Source: a virus
Lineage: Duplodnaviria; Caudoviricetes
Length of the DNA stretch: 52,407 nt
IMG/VR virus record: IMGVR_UViG_3300009008_003239
Span: 1 to 52,407 of that record
Strand: one strand, 5' to 3'
Positions 10,694-21,900 of this stretch are shown piece by piece; within the stretch, counting starts at the first letter, position 1; each line of letters begins with the position of its first letter. The translations under genes were made by a program, and so were the position numbers. The notes under the pieces were generated by a model. The model saw only the letters and a program-made list of their open reading frames with translations, ran no database searches and had not been told where the DNA came from.

Positions 10694-12492
10694 TATTTGA
10701 TCGTTCCCTTGATGTCCAGGCTAGGATACTTAAGTTCGTAAATAACGTTCTCAGGTGCATATAATATGCGACCATCTGCGGACATGTATTGTTTAATGTT
10801 TATTGTCTCGTCAGAGTATAACCCTCCGGACTCATTGATTATTTCAACATTTGTGACATCGACGATCTCATCTAAATTATTCAGTATATCGTACATTTTT
10901 GTGATATAAATTGGCTGGCCGATATCTAACTTTTGCGAGAAGATCTCCTCTATTTCAGATATTGCGACGTTCAAGGCTTCTAGCTTGTCCTGCGAGTAAT
11001 CAACAACTGCCGAGAAATTAATTCTAATATTAATAATTCTTGGATCCAGCATGTCTATGGTGTCATTGATCATCCTGTGTTGATTGAGCCATGTTTTCAC
11101 GTTATTTTTCAATACTTGATTAGATGTAATTAAATTACCATCATCGTCTTCTGACAGGATATATAAGTTCAAATTTCTCTTAAAGGAATCGTGATCTCTA
11201 ACAATTTTTGCTCTCTTGATAGCGCCAAAACGGGGAGGCATTCTGTAAACGAGAGCTTCATAGTCATCTGCTGTGACTGCTCTGTTCTGAGATGCGAACA
11301 CATCGTTAACTCGTTGTTTTAATTCAGAAACTGTTGGTATGCTCACATCTCCAACAATGGGCGATTCATTGGTAACTTCTAAACTGTCTCTAGCAAATGT
11401 AATTTTTGAATTATTGGTAGCATCAGACTTAAAAACAAACAATGGGCCTGAGATGCCGGACAATCCGCGTGTTGCGACATTAACATTTTCTGTTGTATTG
11501 GTTCGGTATGTCACTGTGAGTGTGGTATTCGCGGGTGCGATTCCAAATTTATCAGTTTCAAGTAGCTTTGAGGGGTCAAACGATGTGTCAGTCTCATAGT
11601 CTCTGCCGTGCATCTTTAATACAACATTTGAAGGGTGTGTCGTATTATCTGTTTTCAAAGAGGACTCCGAGCCATAGCCAAACTTGAGAAAAATAGTGCC
11701 ATTCCTATTGAAAACAGTGTATCTTCTAGGAACTGATACTGCTGTCATGACGCTTGGTGCGTGTTGTCTAGTCTCAGAATCTTTGTTTGTCACAGACCTG
11801 TATACAGTATCTTGCGAAAGGTATTCTACTTGAAAATACTCATGTCCTTCGGAATCTATGACTGAGACTATTTCTGTTATATTTGGATCAGACAAGGAGG
11901 TTGTAAAAAACCTAGTAAAATCACCAACATTTATTGATTGTTTATTTAACTCTCCAGAAATGACGCGGCCGTGGCCCTTTACAGCAAAAGAAGTTGGCGA
12001 TCCATCTTGAGTGTTGGACGTCGCAACAATAACTTCGTTATCTGGGTTTGCGAAATCAACATCGTCAATCAATGTAAAAATTTGCCCAGTATCCGAAGTG
12101 AATTTGGTGTCCTTAGCCAAGATGGGTAAATATGCGGCATCTGGGCCGGTCCCGTTTGCCTCAATCGGAGCTAAGATGTACAGAGTAACCACACCAAAAG
12201 AATTGGATCTTAAAGGCTGTTTATAACCGACTTGTTCACCCAATCTTATTATGTTGTCATACTCGACTGCAGTATCTAAAAAAGATTCGTTTGTTTGATA
12301 ATCTAAATAAAACGAAAGTATATCTCCAACATATGAAACAGTATCAAGCATTAATGAACCAAAAGAGGCCTCTGAGAAGTCTTTATAAATGTCAGGATAG
12401 TATCTCTTGGTATATTCTACTAGGCCCTGTTTAATGGTGTTGAATTCTCTGTTGGTGTACTTTATTATCTTTTTACTTTTCTTTGTCGACAT
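10693..12492 (-). CDS. gp6: Baseplate wedge subunit, T4 gp6/baseplate J-like
   Basis: 599 aa. YTNREFNTIKQGL...YKDFSEASFGSLMLDTVSYVGDILSFYLDYQTNESFLDTA...LGEQVGYK and ASQNRAVTADDYE are characteristic gp6 motifs. Confidence 0.9.
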   Translation of the reverse strand: MSTKKSKKIIKYTNREFNTIKQGLVEYTKRYYPDIYKDFSEASFGSLMLDTVSYVGDILSFYLDYQTNESFLDTAVEYDNIIRLGEQVGYKQPLRSNSFGVVTLYILAPIEANGTGPDAAYLPILAKDTKFTSDTGQIFTLIDDVDFANPDNEVIVATSNTQDGSPTSFAVKGHGRVISGELNKQSINVGDFTRFFTTSLSDPNITEIVSVIDSEGHEYFQVEYLSQDTVYRSVTNKDSETRQHAPSVMTAVSVPRRYTVFNRNGTIFLKFGYGSESSLKTDNTTHPSNVVLKMHGRDYETDTSFDPSKLLETDKFGIAPANTTLTVTYRTNTTENVNVATRGLSGISGPLFVFKSDATNNSKITFARDSLEVTNESPIVGDVSIPTVSELKQRVNDVFASQNRAVTADDYEALVYRMPPRFGAIKRAKIVRDHDSFKRNLNLYILSEDDDGNLITSNQVLKNNVKTWLNQHRMINDTIDMLDPRIINIRINFSAVVDYSQDKLEALNVAISEIEEIFSQKLDIGQPIYITKMYDILNNLDEIVDVTNVEIINESGGLYSDETINIKQYMSADGRILYAPENVIYELKYPSLDIKGTIK

Positions 12493-12494
12493 CT

Positions 12495-12890
12495 TTAATT
12501 GGTACCTTCTGTGTCAAGCGATAGTGACGAAAACAGGTTCAAACTAGGGACCTCATACTCTATTCGTATTGACAGGATATTTGAATCATTTGCCAGGGCC
12601 TCTTCTTTATCATGATTAAATTGTAATTTATTTATACGTATAAATGGCATATACCTGTTAATCTGGCTGTTTAGTCGTTGGCGTATTTTTGGTATTGCTT
12701 GGCCCGCGGGTTCGAAAAGAAAATTTCGCACCCCAACACCAAAATCCGGATTCATCATCCGTTCGCCGGGAGAAGTTAATATCAAATTTTTAAAATTCTG
12801 CTTTACTTCATCCGCATAAGAGTCTATAAGGGCATAGTTTCCGAAACTCGCATCTCTAAAAAGTGGAAGTGCTGGTCCTATACCTTTCAT
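12495..12890 (-). CDS. gp25: Baseplate wedge subunit, gp25/GPW family (sheath initiator)
   Basis: 131 aa. VKQNFKNLILTSPGERMMNPDFGVG is the gp25 signature. Directly upstream of gp6. Confidence 0.92.
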   Translation of the reverse strand: MKGIGPALPLFRDASFGNYALIDSYADEVKQNFKNLILTSPGERMMNPDFGVGVRNFLFEPAGQAIPKIRQRLNSQINRYMPFIRINKLQFNHDKEEALANDSNILSIRIEYEVPSLNLFSSLSLDTEGTN

Positions 12891-12900
12891 AACCTATCCC

Positions 12901-15900
12901 CTATAACTGGTCTTCACACGACGAATCTAGCTTCTGCATGTCATCATGAATCTTCTCTTCATATGCATCTATAAGTAGTAACGCAAGATAAATCATACCA
13001 GGAACTGTACTAGGAGGTCCACCCACGAATGGTGGCGGAACTAAGCCGCCGCCGTAAGGTAGAATTGAAGGCATCATTGCGGCCCACATTCCAGGCAATA
13101 AGAATGGAGAAGAAAATACATCTTTCATTATTTCTTCAGCTTCTGCAATTTTCTTTCCTGCTGTTGCTTCTAGATCCGATAGATCACTCTCTAACTCTTT
13201 TAATTCTTTGTGGACAGTGCCATATTCCTCTAGATCTTTTTTCGCGTCTGCAAGGAGTTTCTTAAAGTTGTCCCATTCAGCTAGCTGATCTTCAGAAAGT
13301 TTTGATCTTTCGTCTGGGGTTAGCGATTTGGCCTCAATTTGCCACCGCAGCGTATTAGTACCTTCATCGATAATCGAACCATCAGTGTTCAAAGTTACCT
13401 TCTCGCTAAGATCTAAATCTCCTACTTTTGGTAAAGCTGTTTTTTGAGCGTTTAAAGTACCGGCTGCAATTCCAAGCGATAATTCCAAATTAAGCAATAC
13501 GTTCTTAGAACCGTCAATGCCAGATTGAAGTGTTTGTTTTGCAATAGCGATGCCTTTTTTAATAGCAGCAATAGTTGCAGCTTGAATAGCATTTGCTATA
13601 TCAATAATATTCTTTGCTATTATAATAGCCGGGTCAGTCATCTCGACAAAGCCCTTTAGAATCATCAATGACGTTCTCCAGATTATTCTCAGGATCTCCT
13701 TTGTCATATCCGGATCTTTACCGGAGGTACCTCCATTAGACCGAATTAATCTCTGAGCTAGCATATTTGCTATCGGGTCTGGTAAATGCTTATAATCTAC
13801 TGAATTTACTAAGGAATCGATAATACTTTTCAAAGAATCTTTAGTTCTGTCTAGAACGTCTGTCGGCTCTGGAATAAATTTCGAGAGGCCGTCGGATGCA
13901 ACAACAAACGAAAGTGCCATGTATCTCTTCATTGGGAAGAGGTAGTCGTACATCAATTTAAACTCTGGTGAATTCTTTATTTCAAGCAACATATCATTTG
14001 CTAAGTTTTTGTAGAAAAACTGACTGTGATTGTTGACAAGACTACCAACATAAGATTTGTTCCCCAAATCCAATAACTTTTTCTTGTCTGAATTTGTCGA
14101 CAGGTTAGCGTGATTTGGATGCCAATACCCTAAATCAGAAAGCTTATACACATCGCGACCTATTTCAAATAACTGTAGGCCCTGGATGAACTCTAACTTT
14201 CTCTCGACTTCAACGATGGGTACCTGCAGCTCTCTTAAAACTTTCTTGTGCGTATCGGATTGAGAATATATACTATATGGTCGGTGGCCGAGCATACACT
14301 TTGAAGCTTTAAGGGCCCGCGGATTGTTCTTGAAGGCTGTGTTCATGAAGGTAACAAAGTTATCGCTGTCGTCTATCTCCCCATCAACAGGATAAGCAGT
14401 AGAATATACCATTCTCATCCCAAAGCTCACCTCTTTGAAGAATGGCTTTAAGCCGTGCTCGTTGTATAAAGCTATGAGTGGATTTAATCCCGACGCGTCA
14501 GTATACTCAAACACCATCTTCATAAAAATATTATTAAAATAATAATTCCAAGCGGTAAGAGGAATACAATCATGCATATGGCATTTAAATATATTGTTAG
14601 TGTCTTCGCGCGGGAGCATCATAGAGTGATAAATATCTATATCATTAATATTGACTTCACCAATTTCTACGGCGCCTTCACAGGGTTTTCCATTCGGCAA
14701 CACTTCACTATATATTTTCGCTACATATGGTCGAACTTCCCCAGGTGCATAATCTACAATTCGCACATACGGCTGGAAGGTTACGTTGCCAAGTTTAGCA
14801 TTTAAATTGTTGCCTGGTGTTGTCTCTAGGAAGTTTTCTTTAGAAAACGGATCTGCGAATCCCAACAACCCTCTCTGATGACCGACAATATCATTAATTT
14901 GTGGTGTTGTAGGGTCTTTATCCGCCCAATGTGCGCGGGCGGCCCAATTGCTGTTTTTTGTGTCGTTGGGCTTCCCTGCATAATTTTGAGTTGTTCGATT
15001 GTCGTCATTATCGTTGGGGTCGCGATAAAAACTCATAGGAGGAGAGTGCAAATAGTTCTTGTTGTTTTTATCTTGTCCGCTTAGGCCAAAAATATCACTT
15101 TTAACACCGTTATTCGCACCGGCTCGGGAGAAGTCCACATTGACGAGATCATTGTGATCGGCAGATCCGTAATTCATTGTATAAATATTATTCTTCAGTC
15201 TTGCGTCGACAACATACTCAAAATTACCAGTTGCAAATAGAGCAGAATAGATGTGTGTTGGATACAAATCAATGTTATTATTGATATTTTCTGCGAATTC
15301 ATTTATAAAATCTGCATCTGAGTTTTTTAGTAAATCTATTTGCAGATCTGTCGTTAGCGGGTTGCTATTGCTAAACATCTCTTTTATTATAGCAGCAATG
15401 TTCCCTGATTCTCTTTTAATCAAGTACTCCAAGCTGCTTTGTTTTTGTTTTATCTCCGCAAATTCCACTTCCGAAAGTGTTTGTTCTTTTTTAAGGATGT
15501 TGTTTGCAGCGTGCAACAGGCGTTCATAGTCAGGAAAATCTTTTAAGATGTTCTCGATCACAATACCTATGGTTAAATCGTCTTCAAACACGTCTTCTAG
15601 ATCCAGACTATCCCAAGATATCACCGCAGCTAGACACAATTCTAAAATATAAACCTTTATTACAAGAAGCACCATACCCTCAAGCAACGAAACTCTTACG
15701 GCGTTTTCGTCAGCGCTGCCGTTTTCGAAAACATCACGACATAGCGCACTTTCATAGTATTCCAATATTTTTGTCTTTACATCTTCTATTTTAAAGAAAT
15801 CAGAAACGGTCTCATTTAACTCCTGCATGGACGGCGCGTCTAGTGTTCTAAACAAATCTTGGCACTTAGCGTCGACAGCGTTGCTTGTTATCGGACTTTG

Positions 15901-18900
15901 CAAGACTTTTTTCCAAATCTGCTTCATGAACCCACGCTCATGCAGTCTAGAACTCTTCAGCTTTGAAAAGAATTGTGTCGAGTAGGCGTATTGCAAGCTA
16001 GAATATCCATATGTCGAGAGAACAAACCGCAACTTCTTTTTAAAGCCGTTCAGGTTTTCGTCAATCCAAGTCTTGTCATCGTTTGTCTGTGTTCCTGAAT
16101 CGTAGTATTTATCAAATTTTTCAAAGAATTTATGTAATAAAAGCTCACCAAAAACTTGAGCCTTAAAGTTATATTGATCTAGAGAATAGACTGACACATC
16201 TTCTTTATCGGGTCCCTGGATTTCATCAATAACGATGTCACTATGTGTTTCATTGTAGATATCAAGCAGTGTCTCAGCCGTTGCTCCTGAGTATATTGTG
16301 TCCAAGAGAGATTTCACGTCTTCATCCAATTTGGAACCAAAATTAAAATTAAATATTTTTTTGTATATATTTGATGTTTCTGTTATCGCGTTGGGTGGCA
16401 CTTTTGCTGTCGCGTTGTCGATGTTTATCGCCGCTTTTATAACTTTTGAAACATTTTTCAATCCACCTATTTGACTAGTCAGATTTTCTTCGATTGGAAC
16501 ACTTATATTCTGGTTTATTAGACTTCTATTTAAATTAACAACTTCTAATTGTTCTGCTAAAGAATTTAGTTGTTCGTTCGTGTTGGTGCCTGAAAACAAG
16601 TCGACAATTTCTTTCGTCTTAGCTTGGCCGTCGAGGCCTGCTGTGCTCTTGGACGTGACTTCAGCAAATGGAAGTTCATATTTCAAAATATTCGGATTAA
16701 AGTTATCCTGTGTTTCAAGTTTAGTTATTTGTTTTCTCAAGTCTAACGACTGATTTTGTGGGCTATCGTCGAAACCCATATATGCCGGAAATGGAGCAAA
16801 GAAGTCCTCATATAACTCTTTATTGACCTTTTCCTTGTTAAGAGAGAAATGTTCAGTCATGCTTTTGGAATCAGCGTTTAAAGGGCTCTCGGGGTCTCGA
16901 AATTGCTTTTCGATAACAAGAAAACGGGGAAAATATTGTGGGAAATCCTGGGCGTACTCATCGGCGGTAACTTTGAAATCGTCCGTGCCGAAGAATCCTT
17001 CACCCCACCATGGCGAGCGGCCTGTTATATCCTCTGGTGGCGCCATCTCGGTATTGGGTGCTGAAATTTTCTTTACAACATTTGTATATATGTTCTCGGA
17101 CGAAAATCCCAAAACAACGCCGAGGGACATAGAAATCTCATCTCCCATATTTGGAAATATTTTTGAAAGCCTATCGGAAGTAAGGCCCAAGGCCTCGCCA
17201 AGTGTAAGCTCCATAAACGCGCGTGTTAGTCGAACATTCGAGGTGCCTTCTTGACTTTGACTCAAATCAAATAGTATCGGCAAAAGTCGTCGGAGACCCG
17301 GAGAAATGCGCATCCAATTATACCAATGCCGATTATTGTCCTGAATCGCACTGCCGCCGGCGTTTGCTGGACTCAAGCGCTCTTCAAATTCTTCATAAAA
17401 TTTGGTGGGATTCTCAGGATCAAGTGTGTTCGAGCTGAACAGTTTGATGTTCGTGTCGGACTGTATTCCCGCGTTTAGCCAACTAAAAGGGAAATATTCG
17501 ACAGTCGTTTCATTGAACCTGATATCACACCCAGTAAAATTCCTCAGCATTGCGTACCATGTTGTTTCGTCAGTTCCTGTAGCTATACCAGTGGGCTGCA
17601 TAACGCCAATATCTTTTAGTTTTGTGCTTAGCGGCCATACTTTGCGCAAATTTTGGTGATTATAAATATTATCCTTATTTATGTGACCAGGAAACGCTTC
17701 AATAGTGTTGCCGCCATTTTCAACAGAATATATAGGACTGTTTATAACCTGGTTAAAGCTCAATGCCATTCTATCCAAAATAAGAGGCTTTATCGGCTTA
17801 GTAAATTCCTGATCTATTTGTCGTATCAATGGGGGTCCGGCGACCTGCGCGACGAGAGAGTCTTCAAGATATGTTTTTACTTCCTGGTCGCTGCCAATAA
17901 GACCAGCCATGTTGCCGATTGATATGTGGGTGGCCGCGCCTTCAAAGAAGACGTTGTCAGGTTGTAAATACCCAATGTGGACAGGCACAAAATCCGTTGA
18001 TTCGAAGAAGTCATCAGGCTTGTATGTCGACGACGAAACAAAATATTCTTTCAATTTTTGGACGTGCCCATCATCGTCAAAGATAAAACCACCACCCTCT
18101 GCAGCCGTCTTTAAAGTTATATTAGCTTGGCCGGCCTGCGCGGCGAGTGCGTCGACATATTCGTTGTATTTGCTTGTTGCGTACTCGTCAGCAGAAGAAG
18201 GAATGTCTTGATAATTCTGAATTTGCGCAGCCAGCGCATCGTTCCCCTCTTGCACTGCAAGAAGGCCTACAGACAACATGAGTAAGTCAGCTTCCCCATC
18301 GAGAAGACCCGGCTTGGAAACTTCAGCTATTAAGTCATCAATTAGTTCATAACTCGGTTCAAGAGAGGCCCAGTCATATATTGGAGCACTCAGATTATCA
18401 ACAAACACAGGGTCGGAGCCCTTGAACGCGTTTGGCTGGACCATTTGTTCGTAGCCAATTATTGGTGGAACAAGACCATCTTTTAAATCAGATAGGCCGG
18501 AGATAAATTCGTTCTCTAGCTCTGTTACTTTGTTGTCATAATTCTCTTGTTTTACCTTTTCTGCTTCTTCGTATTGCGCGTCAGTTAGAGTTTGTGCTAG
18601 TGTTACTGGGTCATCTGTTTTGAAAGTAGAAAAATTGCCATAATGAATGTGTTCATTGTATGTTATTGGATACAAAAGTGTGCTATAGGACGTCAGTTCG
18701 AACTGTTCCCAGTGATTGTTGGGGTCTCCAATGAAAACCAAGCATTCTCTTTTGTGTGGGTTACGTACTGCATCAACAAACATCTTGTGCGCAGATTCTA
18801 ATTCTTTTGGATCCGATAAGGCCAGAAGGGCTCTTGGTGGCGCAGAAAAGAACTTCAGTCCTTCCATGTCGATCATCAAAGATCCTTTAACATTTAAAAG

Positions 18901-21900
18901 AATATTATCTGTTATTCTCTCCATCGTGTCTTTCACGCCTGGGGGGATGACAAAATTACCATTTTCCCCACACATAGATGGGAAAGAGTTGGCAAGAGGA
19001 TTAGCGCCGAGGAGGCCTACGTTTGTCAATCCAATTACCTTATTTTTTAAATCCTCGATTTCTTTATTTATTTGCTCTTCGCACTCTTCCTCTGTTAGGC
19101 CAGCGTTCGCAAGCTCCAAGCATCTTGCATTTCTGTCAAAAGATGCGCTGCACAAGTCGTCCACATAGCTAGCCGGAGGTGACTCTACAAAATCACAAAT
19201 TTCTAAATCTAGCTGTTCTCCAAGTTGTTGAAAAATATTACGAATTTCATATTGTGTGTCAATGCCGGCAGCAAAAATATCCTTCCAGTGCCAACTAGTT
19301 CGTACAAGGCAATCTTTTAGAGTCTTCTTGGTTGCGTCTCCCCTTAATAATGCGCATAATTGTGCTGGTGAAACATTGTCTATTATATCTTTCATCCAAG
19401 CGATTAGACGAGCATCTTCGACTCCGGATATGCTCGGAAGGTCTGCCCTCTCTATAGTTGGAATCGGGATGTCTGGTGGTAGGATTTTCGATGGATTGTA
19501 TGCAGATCCAATATCGCTGTCTTCCTCCAGGCACTGTTCCAGAGCATTTTTAATTAACATGCTAACAATTTGACCTAATATAGAACCAACTAGAGTTAAG
19601 AACGTCTTAAATAACATCTCTCCATAATTGCCCATATGATTGTCAGTCACCAAAGAAGTTGGGAACTTCATAGATATTGTTGGACCGGTGAACTGGCGCC
19701 TGAGGCTTTCCTTGAAGCTTCGCCACCAACTTGTGGAACCTCCACCTGCCAGAAATCCCCCCGGGTCTCGCAGAAGGTCTTGAAGGCCGTCGAGGGCTGT
19801 ACCGACTAACAACTCACATATAGAAGCTAACCCAATAGAATCTTTCATAAAATTGAGCCAGTTCTGAGCGCCTGCGGCAGAAGCACGGAGATCTTGAGTT
19901 CCAGAATATGAACTGGCGCCATAAATGCTTTGTGACGGCATATTGGCTTGTATGCGATAAGACTCTGCAAAGTCGTCTGAGCCTAGAAAGTCCTCGTATT
20001 GTTGCGGATTTGGTACTAGATGGCCGGAGGCTACCAATAATGATTTTGCTTCTTCCTCTGTGTAGCCCCTCTCTAATAACCTTTGTTTTTCTTCATCAAT
20101 TTCTTTTTGTGCGTAAGTCTCTTCTACAAAGACGTTCCCGCCGCCAAACTTATTAGCAACAAAAGTACCAGGAGTGCCATCTGGAACTGTAACAAACTTT
20201 CCACCATCTGGCCTCTTTCCTGGTATCAATTCTACCGGGACACCACTTTTTTCTAGCGATTTGACCGTCAAGACATTAGAAGGTGGCTCTTTCTCCGACA
20301 TCAACATTGCGGTGGCCAAAGGAGCATTATTATAGCTTCTGTCGAGAGTTAGTGCATTGTTTCCATAAAATGGGGGACTCGCTCCAAGGGATTCCATAAA
20401 TTTTTGTGATGCCGGCGAATCTGGCGACACCAGCGCATTGGCAATCATTATCTTTTCTACTGTCGAGGCGCCAGAATTCTCTACTAGCTTAATAATCGCG
20501 GCTTCACATATTGCTTCTGCGGTTATCTCCAGGCCAAGCTTCTTTTGCAGGCATGCCATAATCATTGAAATAATAGCTTCTGTGTCGATCGCATTGAAAA
20601 ATTGCGTATAAAGCGCTTTTACATATTGATTTTGCAATATGCTGCCGCCGGGTTGTGATATAGCTTGTGATTTTCTTTCTAATTCTTGCTTTGTCAATTC
20701 AGGGCTAACGGCTGGCGTGTCTTTTTTGAACTGTTCAAAGTATTTTGCTTTACATTTTGGACTACTATAAAGTTTTTCCTGCAATAAGCGTTCTTCCAGG
20801 CCGGCTGAAGGAGACGTCTGATTTAATCTTTCTATTATCTCATCGCAATCAAGCTCATCTGGCTCAATGAGAGACGGATCTTTCGATGGCCAAATTCTTA
20901 CAGGCGGGACCATATAAGAGTGCATGAATTTCATCCACTTTTGCTGCAAATCTTTGGGGCCTGACCCTAGGCGTTTTTTGATCTTGTCGTAAGCTAGGAA
21001 CAGATGCAGCGTTCTAGAACTATATACCCCTTCAAGTTCTTGCCGTAGATATGGAAGCGCAATTCTTAGCGGGAGCGCGCTTCTTTTAAGTTCTTTTTGG
21101 CCTGATAGCTCATCATCTGTCAAATACGGATCGAAATAGAACAAATTCGAATCTTTTTTGTCCACATCCTTTAGACTATTTGGATCAGGAGAGAAGATTA
21201 CATACGAAATTGTTTCTCTTACGTCTCCTCCGATCTCACCATTGTCTTTGACACCAATCTGTATGAGGTGGTCAGATTCTGTTTCAACACTCTCCTGGAC
21301 TAAATCATACACAAAACTACGATTCGTCGAGGCAGGAAACGATTGGCGCCTGAAGAATTCGTCCATTAAAACAGGGAAATCAGTCATAGAGTCGATTTGT
21401 GCTTGAATATCATAAGCCAAGCCATTAGCATTTTCTATCGTCGCTTTTGATTTATTTATGGCATTTTGAAGAGGAATTAACACTTCGTCAACAAGATATT
21501 TTGATCTCTCGCGTACGTCTTTCATAGTAAGAGCAACAGCGTAGTTATTGCCGTTTAAAAACGGAGATCCTGGCTCGAAATCACTTATATAGGGGCGGCG
21601 AACATCAGGCAGGGAATCAACATATGACGCTCGAATGGCAAACAAGACTTTCTGATTGTTTGGATTCGCAGTGTTCGTGTTCGTCATCTGCGAGGCCGGA
21701 ATGAAATACTTTTTGTATAATTGGTTGTATGTGTTGGAATTACCGCCGACGGTATTTTTTCCAAGATAATTTAAAAGATTATTCCAAGCTTCCTGTTTGA
21801 TTGTTTCTGTGTTTATAATAGACGAAGAAGATTTCGCACTATCCATTTTAGCCGTATCTTCCTCTAGGTGCGGGTCGCCAGACTCATTAATCAACTCCGC